From: a virus
Lineage: Duplodnaviria; Heunggongvirae; Uroviricota; Caudoviricetes
Direction: 5' to 3' (one strand)
Length of the DNA: 64,000 nt
IMG/VR virus record: IMGVR_UViG_3300028422_000873
Shown here: positions 24,472-33,828 of the stretch, piece after piece
How the letters are laid out: the number at the start of each line of letters is the position of its first letter
How positions within the stretch are numbered: the first letter of the stretch is position 1
The notes under the pieces: model-generated
Databases searched by the model: none
Seen by the model: the letters and a program-made list of their open reading frames with translations, nothing else
What the model was told of the DNA's origin: nothing
Translations under genes and position numbers: made by a program

Positions 24472-24804
24472 ATGAGTGATAAATTAAGCGAGAGAGCAAG
24501 AGTATATTCTTACACAAATAGGACATATTGTGATACTCTGGAAGAGATGCGACAATGTTTTAAAACTCTCAATTTTGGTGCAATTCAAGGTTTAATCGAA
24601 GAGTGTCAAACTTACGGTAACAGAATGGAAGCTGCATTAAGTGATCAAAAAGATTACCGCGCTATGAACGATGCTCTTTCACTGTTAAAGAAAGAGTATA
24701 AGCCACTTCTTAAAGAAATTGAAGAACTGGAAGAAAAAAGAGATGCTCTTAAGAAACAAATAGCGCAACTGGAAGGCAAGGAAGATGATCTCGAAACTGA
24801 ATAA
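24472..24804 (+). CDS. hypothetical coiled-coil protein
   Basis: 110 aa. Confidence 0.4.
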   Translation: MSDKLSERARVYSYTNRTYCDTLEEMRQCFKTLNFGAIQGLIEECQTYGNRMEAALSDQKDYRAMNDALSLLKKEYKPLLKEIEELEEKRDALKKQIAQLEGKEDDLETE

Positions 24805-25351
24805 CCATCCAGTTTTAGATAAGGGACATGTGATTCACTTATCGTCCTCCAACGAAGGTAAATCACTGTCCTTTATTCAATCTACGTTTCTAAACGATTC
24901 TATTGATTTAGAATTATTACATATGGCTAGTATCACATTTGTCATTAAGATGCCGTTATTCGTACAATTACACATGTCTAGATACAATCTAACAATGATT
25001 CAATCAAAGCGTCTCAAAGAGATTGAGACATATATCCCCGATATTGTAGATATCGGTGGAAACTCCACTGAAGAAGCAATAAATATTCATGACTCAATGG
25101 GACAAACAGCAGAAGCTTTAACTCTTAATACTAAAGGGTACATCATGGATGGCTGTGATGAATTTGTAGCACAGGCTCAAAGTTCTATATCTGTCTATAA
25201 TGAACTTGTAGTTCATGGCTCATTATATGAGTGGTTAAACTTCATTAAACAAGGGAATTTACCAAAACCAATAGAAGCTTATCGATACGTTATTGAGAAT
25301 ATAATTAGTGCTGAATGGAAGAATATTGACAAGTTAAAAAAGATGAGATAG
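24785..25351 (+). CDS. hypothetical protein (weak ThyX-like segment, no RHR motif)
   Basis: 188 aa; ASITFVIKMPLFVQLHMSRY loosely resembles the ThyX core, but the catalytic RHR is absent. Confidence 0.35.
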   Translation: MISKLNNHPVLDKGHVIHLSSSNEGKSLSFIQSTFLNDSIDLELLHMASITFVIKMPLFVQLHMSRYNLTMIQSKRLKEIETYIPDIVDIGGNSTEEAINIHDSMGQTAEALTLNTKGYIMDGCDEFVAQAQSSISVYNELVVHGSLYEWLNFIKQGNLPKPIEAYRYVIENIISAEWKNIDKLKKMR

Positions 25352-25352
25352 T

Positions 25353-25571
25353 ATGGCTTGCAAGCGCAAGAAAAAAAACATAAATAAAAATCCAGATATA
25401 GAAAAAGAGTATTGGGAAGAAATTGAGATAGTCAACCCCAAGACTGGAAAAATAATTTTACAAAAAGTTAAGATAACTAGATATAAAGCTGGACCACGTG
25501 TGGTAAAGTCAAGCGAGGATGACGATCTAATTGATGCTATTGAGCACCATGATTACCAAGAATGGGATTAG
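25353..25571 (+). CDS. hypothetical protein
   Basis: 72 aa. Confidence 0.35.
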   Translation: MACKRKKKNINKNPDIEKEYWEEIEIVNPKTGKIILQKVKITRYKAGPRVVKSSEDDDLIDAIEHHDYQEWD

Positions 25572-25575
25572 TTTA

Positions 25576-25791
25576 CTATTTATTAGTCGTGTCGGTGTGT
25601 TTTCGAAACCCGTATATACCACCAATAGCTGTTGTTATAGCGGCAAAATCAACACCACTAAAAGCACCCATAGTGAATTTACCGATAGTCATACCTGCTA
25701 ACAATAACTTTAAGCAGCATATAAAGAACGCTACGACAAATAAAGTTAATGTCACTGATTTTTCACCTGTTTTTGGATCTTTAAACCACAT
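25576..25791 (-). CDS. small two-TM membrane protein, oppositely oriented within the plus-strand block
   Basis: AAAGGAG RBS on the minus strand 7 nt upstream of ATG; two hydrophobic helices. Confidence 0.45.
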   Translation of the reverse strand: MWFKDPKTGEKSVTLTLFVVAFFICCLKLLLAGMTIGKFTMGAFSGVDFAAITTAIGGIYGFRKHTDTTNK

Positions 25792-25862
25792 GTGTTTCTC
25801 CTTTATATTATGTATTATACCAAGTATTTTAAAGAATTGTAGAATATTAATAGGAGAATTAT

Positions 25863-26642
25863 ATGAAATGCACTATGACAGATAAACAATTTGAAACCTG
25901 TAAGAGTAAGAAAGCTGTTGCTAGTGCATTAAGAATCTTACGAGCACATATTAAGATGCCTAAATTCAAAATAGGTGATGTAGTAGTTGCATACTATCAA
26001 AGAAGAAATCATAAAACTGATGAAATAACAGAAGAATTAATAATGCAAAATGAGGGTAACCCTACAAGATGGGTGGTGTGTCATATAGATGAAGACGGTA
26101 TAATTTTCGCTAAACAGATATTAAGCAGTGGTAAATTTGGACAAGGGGTGTATTGTTTGGCAGAACTAGGAGGAGAAAGTTATAGATTTGATATCGATCC
26201 AGATTTTTTAGAGTTAGTATTATTAGGTCAAGAAGATCAATACAATCCTATCGCTTGGACCAAAGATGTAGCTAAAAAGCGCGCTAAGTTGAGTAGGTTA
26301 AACAAGAGTAGAGAGCTTGAGTGGAACGATGTAGCACACGCACAGTCCGTAATAGATACGTGGAAAGTAGGTGATACCTTATATAAATGCAGTACCAGTA
26401 CACCGAGTGAAAAACATGTAGTAGCTCATAAGATAAAAGCAATTCATAAACATAAGATTCCAGATCTATTACATTCTTCGGCAGGTGGTTACCTTAGACA
26501 GTATGATAAATATGAAAGACATAGACAAGCTAATTTAAAATACTACTATGAAGTTGAAATGGAAAACCATTTTGGAGATATAAAGGATTTCTATATATAT
26601 TATTGGTATATCGAAAAGCCAGCAACTATGGAAACACTATGA
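25863..26642 (+). CDS. hypothetical protein with two copies of a repeated domain (FK[IV]GD...IDPDF)
   Basis: KFKIGDVVVAYY...YRFDIDPDFLELVLLGQEDQYNP, then a second WKVGDTLYK unit. Confidence 0.45.
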   Translation: MKCTMTDKQFETCKSKKAVASALRILRAHIKMPKFKIGDVVVAYYQRRNHKTDEITEELIMQNEGNPTRWVVCHIDEDGIIFAKQILSSGKFGQGVYCLAELGGESYRFDIDPDFLELVLLGQEDQYNPIAWTKDVAKKRAKLSRLNKSRELEWNDVAHAQSVIDTWKVGDTLYKCSTSTPSEKHVVAHKIKAIHKHKIPDLLHSSAGGYLRQYDKYERHRQANLKYYYEVEMENHFGDIKDFYIYYWYIEKPATMETL

Positions 26643-27076
26643 CAAGACGTGAAAATCATAATTATAGAGGTGAAACTATAGTAGCGTGGTTAGAATACAT
26701 CAAGACGCATGATTTTAAAGTCGGTGATTATCTTGTAAAATATATACGCACAGGAAGAGCTTGGTCCATTGAGAAATTTAATGACTACAGCGATGATGAT
26801 GTGTTGAGAAAATATAAAGTAACATATAAGTGTGAATTAGGTATTCCATATGTTCAAAAAGTAAAAGTAGATGGTTCCCTATCTGAAGAGCAATTTCCTT
26901 TAGTAAATATAGACATTGATTATCATAGATATGAGATAGATCCAGATTTTGAAACATATATACTTCTAGGTAAAGAAGATGAATATGATCCACAAGCTAA
27001 ATGGAGGCAGCGTACTGTCGAACGGGCTGAAAAAAGAATTAAGACCATTAAAGAATCTCTTGGTAAAAATGAATGA
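26639..27076 (+). CDS. hypothetical protein, paralog of the 25863..26642 repeat domain
   Basis: ATGA start/stop overlap; DFKVGDYLVKYI...YEIDPDFETYILLGKEDEYDP. Confidence 0.45.
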   Translation: MTRRENHNYRGETIVAWLEYIKTHDFKVGDYLVKYIRTGRAWSIEKFNDYSDDDVLRKYKVTYKCELGIPYVQKVKVDGSLSEEQFPLVNIDIDYHRYEIDPDFETYILLGKEDEYDPQAKWRQRTVERAEKRIKTIKESLGKNE

Positions 27077-27399
27077 ATCAGATGATAATTAAGTGGAATT
27101 ATATAGAAAAAGCAGATAGTTTTGAAGAAGTATCAATGAATCTATATTGGTCTTTTAAAACAACTATATGCAATCATAATATAACCATGAATGCTTATAA
27201 TATAATGGGTGAGATTATATGGGAGGCTTTCATAGAATCAAATCGTAATAGATTATGGTACTCTTATTTACCAAGTTACGCAGAAATTAAAGGACAGACG
27301 GAAATGGAAAAGCGCATCATTGGTGGTTTGTTGATGGTTATATTCAGTAAGTTATCGCAGTATAAAACTGATTTCGGAGATGGAACAGGCTTATTATAA
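27073..27399 (+). CDS. hypothetical protein
   Basis: 108 aa; last plus-strand gene before the convergent terminator. Confidence 0.4.
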   Translation: MNQMIIKWNYIEKADSFEEVSMNLYWSFKTTICNHNITMNAYNIMGEIIWEAFIESNRNRLWYSYLPSYAEIKGQTEMEKRIIGGLLMVIFSKLSQYKTDFGDGTGLL

Positions 27400-27402
27400 A
27401 AA

Positions 27403-27422
27403 AGCCCTCCATTCGGAGGGCT
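27403..27422. terminator. bidirectional rho-independent terminator at the strand-switch point
   Basis: AGCCCTCC-ATTC-GGAGGGCT hairpin flanked by AAAAAA upstream and AATTAATT downstream, between convergent genes ending at 27399 and 27432. Confidence 0.7.
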
Positions 27423-27431
27423 AATTAATTC

Positions 27432-27614
27432 TTACTTTTCTTTTTTAATAGATTTCTTTTTCTTCTTTTGTACAGCCTCTTTAACCACTTCAATATCTTT
27501 CTCGTCAACAATTCCATCCTTGTTTACGTCAGCATCAACGATCTTTTTAACAACTGCTTTTTTCTCAAATTTAAGATTTTTTATTCTATTAATATTGTCT
27601 CTTCTATTACTCAT
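27432..27614 (-). CDS. small Lys-rich protein
   Basis: 60 aa. Confidence 0.3.
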   Translation of the reverse strand: MSNRRDNINRIKNLKFEKKAVVKKIVDADVNKDGIVDEKDIEVVKEAVQKKKKKSIKKEK

Positions 27615-27624
27615 TTATTACTCC

Positions 27625-28287
27625 TTATTCTGCATCAGGATCAACAGCTGTTACTTTAAAAGGTGTATAAAGACCAGTTAAAGCGCCTGTACCTGCGCCA
27701 GCATCTACATCAAGCTGTGCAAGAGCAAGATTAACTGCATCTTGTACTGTATTGATAGCATCTAAAATCTGATCTGCTAATCTACGATGAGATAATGCTG
27801 ATCTTAAAGATTTTCTGAAAAATGCCTTATGTTGTGCTTCGTCTGTTTCTGTATCTGGATCAAAAGGTACGACTGCTAGAGTCGAAGCATAATCAATATC
27901 ATTAAGTGTACCAGCCTCTGCGTCGATTTTAGCCATAAGTGCATTAAAAGTAACTTGAAGCTCTTCAATAGAATCAATTACCTCATCTGCTAATTTTTTA
28001 TGAGATAATGCTGATCTTAAACACTTTCTCAAATCTGCTTTATGCTGTACACCTGTTGATTCCGCATCATACTCTGACGCAGTGATTGCTAGAGTAGCAA
28101 CATAATCTGTATCCATTGCTGCAGTATTATCTGCATCAATCTTATCCATAGCTAAGTTGAACTGAGTTTGGATACCTAGGATATCATCTAGAATTGAATC
28201 AGCTAATGTTTTATGTCGTAATGCTGATCTTAACGACCTTCTTAAGGTTGATTTGTGTTGGCTCATAAAAGACTCCTTTTGAGACAC
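27625..28287 (-). CDS. protein built from three tandem ~73-aa repeats
   Basis: three repeat units, e.g. LRRSLRSALRHKTLADSILDDI...KIDAD / LRKCLRSALSHKKLADEVIDSI...KIDAE / FRKSLRSALSHRRLADQILDAI...QLDVD. Confidence 0.45.
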   Translation of the reverse strand: MSQKESFMSQHKSTLRRSLRSALRHKTLADSILDDILGIQTQFNLAMDKIDADNTAAMDTDYVATLAITASEYDAESTGVQHKADLRKCLRSALSHKKLADEVIDSIEELQVTFNALMAKIDAEAGTLNDIDYASTLAVVPFDPDTETDEAQHKAFFRKSLRSALSHRRLADQILDAINTVQDAVNLALAQLDVDAGAGTGALTGLYTPFKVTAVDPDAE

Positions 28288-28391
28288 AGATTACAATCTG
28301 TGACAACAACATTAATATTTAAAAACAAAAGCGTAACCTCCTGCTTTCATTCTGTGACCATTTATTTTATTAGTTATTAAATAAATAATCA

Positions 28392-28742
28392 TTATTTTAA
28401 CATATCTAGTAGGCGAAGCACTCCGTATGTTGCACCTGCTATTGTACCAACTCCACCAAATACAAACACTAAATTCATAAATAGTGTTTTAACTGTCAAT
28501 GGTTCTTTGTGAATTTGCTTATCATTCTCATGTTGTTTAATTAATGCACGAGTTTGTTTAACACCTTCAATATGCTCTGCTAAATCTTTAGTATTACGCT
28601 CGATATTAGCTGTTTGTTTAGTGTTCTCAATCTTTAACTCTGATACATCGTCTTGAATTTTGTCTAATTTTTTTAGAACTCTTTCTTGAAAATCCAAGGC
28701 ACTCTCCTTATGGAAGTGAAGCAGTGTCAGTACATCCGCCAC
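28392..28742 (-). CDS. coiled-coil protein with C-terminal TM helix (GTG start)
   Basis: only a GTG start is available; C-terminal LFMNLVFVFGGVGTIAGATYGVL hydrophobic segment. Confidence 0.35.
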   Translation of the reverse strand: MADVLTLLHFHKESALDFQERVLKKLDKIQDDVSELKIENTKQTANIERNTKDLAEHIEGVKQTRALIKQHENDKQIHKEPLTVKTLFMNLVFVFGGVGTIAGATYGVLRLLDMLK

Positions 28743-29009
28743 ATGGTTACTATATATCTATAATATCATGATGTGGGGTTAAGTGGGGTTCAATAAATAT
28801 ACCTGAAAACACATTATCATCAAGATGTAAAGGTATAATATTTTTATGGAAAAAATAGAAAATAAGATAAAAGAATTAAACGAAGAGGCTGCTAATTTAG
28901 CAAATATAAGTGATCACTTGAATCAGCAGTTAAAAGATATTCAAATACGAATAACACAGATAGTTGGTGCTGTGAAAGCATTAAAAGAAATCTTAAATGA
29001 AGATAATGA

Positions 29010-31076
29010 TTAATGAATAGTTATATGTTCATACCACTCACTGCACCAACTAATATCATTAGATACAGCTAAACTAGTAATTCTTATAAGATAAGATTGA
29101 TTTTTAGCTAAAACAAATTCTCTTTCTCTTTGAAGAAAACCTCCAAATCTATTACCACCGGCTAAGTATCCAGAAGCTCTAGTGCCATCACTAGTTATAG
29201 TTGTAGGATCTTTTATTACAGTTGTTAAAGAGGTTTTTATGCTCTCTCTATTGTTATTTCTTGGAGTGAGTGCTGTGCCACCTGTTACACCAGCTGTCCC
29301 TTCAAATAATTCAATTGTAGCCCCTGAAGAAGAAGAAACCCCTAATGTTAAATGAATATTTGGGCCTGTAGCTGGTGTAGTCATTACAAATTCAATAATA
29401 GCTCCAGAAGCTTGATTAAGGGCGTAATCACAAATATTATAATGATCTCCATTGTGAATTTCATGGTGCTCTTGATTAATAGTAGTTAGATTCATAGTCA
29501 TGAAATCAATACCTTCATTACCTGCAACATAATTTAAACCACTTATTAAATTACCTTCATTCCCTAATGAATCAAAATTTGTGACATTTAATTGCGTATT
29601 TCCATTAGAAGAAATGGTGTTTTCTAGTTCTTCTAAGGACATTTTAAAATTTCCAGAAGCAGTAGCTTGAAAATCTGCTACTGTACCATCTGGTTTTAAA
29701 CCTTGAATTCTTGAAGTTGTTGGGAGACTTCTTTTAATACCTAAATAACTAATAGTAACAGGATTTACTGTATGAAATTCTAACTTAACACCAGAAATAA
29801 TAGTGGGAGAGAAATTCGCAAGTAAGGCTGTTTTTGGTGTGCCATCCCCTGATTCATCATATAATAAGATATAACCAACACCATGAGTATATCCATAAAT
29901 TTTAGCATTAGAAAAGGTTCCTACTCCCATTGTAGTTACAACACCAATTAAACTAGTTTCCATTGGTCTATTAAACCTAATTTCAATTACTTTAGGATTA
30001 TTTGCAGTATTATCTACCATATTAGTAAACTGTCTACCAATAAGATCTGGTAAACTACCTGTAAAATTTCCTACATTACTATTAACTAAATCCAAATCTC
30101 TCCTATAAGTAAGACTATCATCAACAGGAAGAGGGTTTTGAATTCCGACATTCTCTAGAGTAAATTCATCATAAATACCTGTCTTTAAAACAGAAGTATT
30201 TAAAGTAGTGTCGTCTTCAATAGTTACATTATCACCAATTTTATGTGTTGAAGGTTTAGAATTTGTCTTCTTTACAACGGTGTGTAGATCGAAAACAGTT
30301 TGATCTGCTCCACCATTGTAATAAGAAATTCTCATATACCTCTTATAAGGTTGAATCGAAAAAGTTTTTTCTGTGTTGGCGGGTATTTGAAAACAATCTC
30401 CTGATCTCCAAGTTATTCCATCGCTGCTAAATTCCGTACATAAACTTATAGGGCTCGCACCTGCAACATCAGAAAAAACAGTAACAAAAATTAAAGCATA
30501 GTCTAAAGTATCTGTAGCTGTACCAATAAAGTATGCTCCTGCAGCTAAAGGTGTACTAGAACTATTATTTTCATCTACTCGTCCATCTAAAACTACCTTC
30601 AATTGATTTCTATCATTTACTTCAATTTCATTGCCATTTGAGCTTTTAATATTAACATGTATAGTATTGTCTTCATCGTATTTAACACCATACTTATCAA
30701 CAAGTATTGTTCGTCTAGCAATCACTGGCTCTTCTTCATACGTTATTCGTTCAATCTCTTGTTCTGGGATTAATGGACGGCGTTGTTCTATTGCTTCTAT
30801 TGTTGATCCATCAGTTACAGTAAAAGCACTTACATCTACTCTATCACCTATTCCCTTTTTAGGATCACCTAGGTGAATTTCAGAACCACCGATTATCCTT
30901 TTAATACGAAGATAAGTGTTATTAATAGATGGATTAGTAGATTTTAATATAATATCTTGACCGACACGAAAAAGTGCTGATTCTGCTACAGTTACAACAC
31001 CGTTAGCCGTTCCATTTGTTGTAATTGCTACAGGACTAACAGTTAGTAGTCTTTTTTCTGTTATCTGTGGTAACAT
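29010..31076 (-). CDS. large virion structural protein (tail-fibre / receptor-binding-like)
   Basis: 688 aa, Thr/Ser/Asn/Gly-rich and beta-rich; first gene of the minus-strand late block; no enzymatic motif. Confidence 0.35.
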   Translation of the reverse strand: MLPQITEKRLLTVSPVAITTNGTANGVVTVAESALFRVGQDIILKSTNPSINNTYLRIKRIIGGSEIHLGDPKKGIGDRVDVSAFTVTDGSTIEAIEQRRPLIPEQEIERITYEEEPVIARRTILVDKYGVKYDEDNTIHVNIKSSNGNEIEVNDRNQLKVVLDGRVDENNSSSTPLAAGAYFIGTATDTLDYALIFVTVFSDVAGASPISLCTEFSSDGITWRSGDCFQIPANTEKTFSIQPYKRYMRISYYNGGADQTVFDLHTVVKKTNSKPSTHKIGDNVTIEDDTTLNTSVLKTGIYDEFTLENVGIQNPLPVDDSLTYRRDLDLVNSNVGNFTGSLPDLIGRQFTNMVDNTANNPKVIEIRFNRPMETSLIGVVTTMGVGTFSNAKIYGYTHGVGYILLYDESGDGTPKTALLANFSPTIISGVKLEFHTVNPVTISYLGIKRSLPTTSRIQGLKPDGTVADFQATASGNFKMSLEELENTISSNGNTQLNVTNFDSLGNEGNLISGLNYVAGNEGIDFMTMNLTTINQEHHEIHNGDHYNICDYALNQASGAIIEFVMTTPATGPNIHLTLGVSSSSGATIELFEGTAGVTGGTALTPRNNNRESIKTSLTTVIKDPTTITSDGTRASGYLAGGNRFGGFLQREREFVLAKNQSYLIRITSLAVSNDISWCSEWYEHITIH

Positions 31077-31133
31077 GTTTTCATCCTTATCCTTACATCT
31101 ACACCCTTTGTATAGATATTATATAAAAAGCTT

Positions 31134-31577
31134 CTATCTTAACATTTCTTTACTTAATTCTGCAGATTCTTTGTCATACCTATCTCTTTCTGCCTTAGTT
31201 AACCTATCTCTAAAGGATTCTCCGGTGCCCCACTCAACAGGTTCACTATCACCTACTTTAGTTTGAGCTCCAGTAAAAAAAATATTAAAAAAGTTATCCC
31301 ATTGTTTTTCAACTTCATCCCATTCTGCATCTGTCTTATTTAATTCAGGATAGATTTGCTTTAGTCTATTCTCAAATTCTTCTTTAGTTGCAGATTTAAC
31401 ACCTAGTTGTCTGAAGCCGTCTAGGATAAATTCGACATCCTTCCTTAGATCTTCTTCTGTAATGTGTTCTCCACCCTTATGACAATCTTTATTTACCGGT
31501 TTAGATAATGGATCTTCTTGTTCTCCAACTCGTCCTTCATATAAGTCTGTCCAATCAAGTTCTCCAACTTTCGCCAT
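31134..31577 (-). CDS. hypothetical acidic protein
   Basis: 147 aa. Confidence 0.4.
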   Translation of the reverse strand: MAKVGELDWTDLYEGRVGEQEDPLSKPVNKDCHKGGEHITEEDLRKDVEFILDGFRQLGVKSATKEEFENRLKQIYPELNKTDAEWDEVEKQWDNFFNIFFTGAQTKVGDSEPVEWGTGESFRDRLTKAERDRYDKESAELSKEMLR

Positions 31578-31580
31578 ATC

Positions 31581-33002
31581 TTACTCATCTTTTTTATCTG
31601 CCTTATTTTCCATGGCAGTAAGTCTAGTATAATAATCTTTCAATTCATCAAGATGATCTTCAGCTATATCTTTAAAGTAATATTTAAAGGGTTTAACTTT
31701 ACCAACCTTAACATCTTTTATTAATTTCTTTAGTGTGTCACTGTGTTCAGCTTCAATTTTGATTCCTAATTTAAGTTCTTTACTATCTTGAGATTTCTTA
31801 ATTTCTTCAGAAGAGGTCTCTGCTTCTTTTTGAGCCGCTTTATCTTTCAATTGTTGCAATTTTATCTTCAACTTTAAGTCAGCTTCTTTTTTCTTATTCT
31901 CAAGTTCTAATTCTTTCTCTTTAATCATGAATTGTAGCTCAATATCTTGTTTATTTTTTTGAGCCGTTAATTCTAGTTCTTTAAGTTTAGCGTCTATATC
32001 GAGCATTCTTTTCTTATGATCACGTTCCATTTCAGGATCATTAACTTCTATCTCTTTTTGCTTTAATTGCTGTTCAAGGTCTTTCATCCTCTGAGCATGC
32101 TCTTGTTCTAATTGATTCATCTTGAGTTTATGCTCGTGATCGGCATCACTTGAGCGTGTTTTATTGTCTCTATCCATTTGGGCAGCAGCACGTGAATCCT
32201 CTAATTTAGCATTACTAGCATCTATTTTAGATTGATCAACTGGATCAACTGTTGGTGCAGCATGAGCATGAACAACATGAGCTATCTCAGCATCCGAATA
32301 TCCGAGTTGTTGCATAATATCTTCTAATTCTTCATCTGTTAACTGTTCAGGCTGTATACCTTCTTGTTCTGCTATAGCAGCAACGTCTTCTGGTACATCG
32401 TCTTGATTACCCTCTTCTCCTTCGGATTCCATAACTTTAAGTTTAGAGTAATATTCAGGATCCTCAGCTAAGTGATCTTTTGCAATTTCTAATGCTTTAT
32501 CGGGGTCATTAGTATGTTCCATCTCAACTTCTTGACCCATTTTTATCTGTTCTGGATCAAACTCTGATGATTGTCTGCCATCGGCTAAACCACCTTCTAA
32601 CTGATCTACTTCTTTTTCTTGCCCTTCTTCTTGCGATCCTTCTCCATCCTCTCCCGCAAGACTTGCAAGTAGTTGATGTTCTTCGTCTGACAGTTCTTCA
32701 GGTTGTTCATTATCTTCTTGACTTTCTTGCTCGTCTTCATCTTCATCTCCTATAGACATAATTGCTTTATTGTGGTCGATTTCAGCTTTAAGTAAATTCC
32801 AAACTTCCTTAAGAGTCTTCTTTACTTTTTTCTTTTTTTTGCGCTCTAATTCATCTGCGTCTGCTTGTGCATCTTGATATGCAGCTTGTGCCTCTGCTTC
32901 CGCAGCTGGTTGAGGTTGTTTATCCAATGGTTCGCGACCCTCTTCGATTTCAACTTTACCGTCAGGGGTTACTTCTATAAATTTCTTTTCTATTTTACTC
33001 AT
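31581..33002 (-). CDS. highly charged Glu/Lys/Asp-rich coiled-coil protein (virion internal / scaffold-like)
   Basis: 473 aa; long poly-charged low-complexity stretches, KKKKKVKK, repeated LKxKELELENKKKEADLKLK. Confidence 0.45.
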   Translation of the reverse strand: MSKIEKKFIEVTPDGKVEIEEGREPLDKQPQPAAEAEAQAAYQDAQADADELERKKKKKVKKTLKEVWNLLKAEIDHNKAIMSIGDEDEDEQESQEDNEQPEELSDEEHQLLASLAGEDGEGSQEEGQEKEVDQLEGGLADGRQSSEFDPEQIKMGQEVEMEHTNDPDKALEIAKDHLAEDPEYYSKLKVMESEGEEGNQDDVPEDVAAIAEQEGIQPEQLTDEELEDIMQQLGYSDAEIAHVVHAHAAPTVDPVDQSKIDASNAKLEDSRAAAQMDRDNKTRSSDADHEHKLKMNQLEQEHAQRMKDLEQQLKQKEIEVNDPEMERDHKKRMLDIDAKLKELELTAQKNKQDIELQFMIKEKELELENKKKEADLKLKIKLQQLKDKAAQKEAETSSEEIKKSQDSKELKLGIKIEAEHSDTLKKLIKDVKVGKVKPFKYYFKDIAEDHLDELKDYYTRLTAMENKADKKDE

Positions 33003-33003
33003 G

Positions 33004-33828
33004 TTACACCCAATCTACTAGTAGTCCTCTTTGATAGTATGTTTTTACAGCACTTTTTTGATCAGCAATTATCTTCTCAAGATCCTTCAATCTAGATTGT
33101 AAAAACTGTGGTCCAGCTGTCCCTGTTGATTGCGATACACCATCAATAGAGATACCAACAGAATTAATGGGAAAAATAACTGGTCCTAGAATAGACAGCA
33201 TCTTAAAAGCTGCTATATTTTCAATTAAACCAGATAGTGCTGCTGGAACTTTATTTTCTTCAAAACCACATGTATATTTTACCCTAATTCCACCTGGGAA
33301 ATCAGTGACTCCCATGGTTCTCAATGCATGATATTGAACACCTGAAAATGCACTTAATAGAAAACCACTAAAACTAGTACCGTATGCTGGTACTAACTGT
33401 AATACTCCTTCTTGCGGCATAACATGTATAAACTCTCTTGGAAAGTCTACAATCTTTGTGTCATCATCATTACTAAAAGTAAGTTGAAGTTCTTCAACTT
33501 GCAGAACGTTCGGATGGTTTAGTTTTAAATAAGCATATGAGTGTATAAACATCTCTTTATTATAATCATATCTCTCTGTAAAAGTAACGGGATTGATATA
33601 GAGATCTAATTCATGTTCAACATCTGATATAGCTTGATCTATATATCTCTGTAAAGTATCATCACTAATCGTATCGTTAGTTAATGCAGAGCGTAATGGA
33701 ATACCAAATAATGCCCCAGATTTTAATATCTCTGGGGTAGGTAATGATGAATATCTCTCTACACCACCCTCTTGATCAGTAGACCAAACTGGAAATAACT
33801 CTCTCTTAGGCGTTTTACTGATTGCCAT
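33004..33828 (-). CDS. hypothetical structural protein
   Basis: 274 aa; abuts neighbours with 1-nt gaps. Confidence 0.4.
   Translation of the reverse strand: MAISKTPKRELFPVWSTDQEGGVERYSSLPTPEILKSGALFGIPLRSALTNDTISDDTLQRYIDQAISDVEHELDLYINPVTFTERYDYNKEMFIHSYAYLKLNHPNVLQVEELQLTFSNDDDTKIVDFPREFIHVMPQEGVLQLVPAYGTSFSGFLLSAFSGVQYHALRTMGVTDFPGGIRVKYTCGFEENKVPAALSGLIENIAAFKMLSILGPVIFPINSVGISIDGVSQSTGTAGPQFLQSRLKDLEKIIADQKSAVKTYYQRGLLVDWV

Noticed and set aside
25562-25885. 107-aa plus-strand ORF
   Set aside because: It is antisense to the RBS-supported minus-strand membrane gene 25576..25791 and lacks an RBS. It was rejected in favour of the minus-strand gene.
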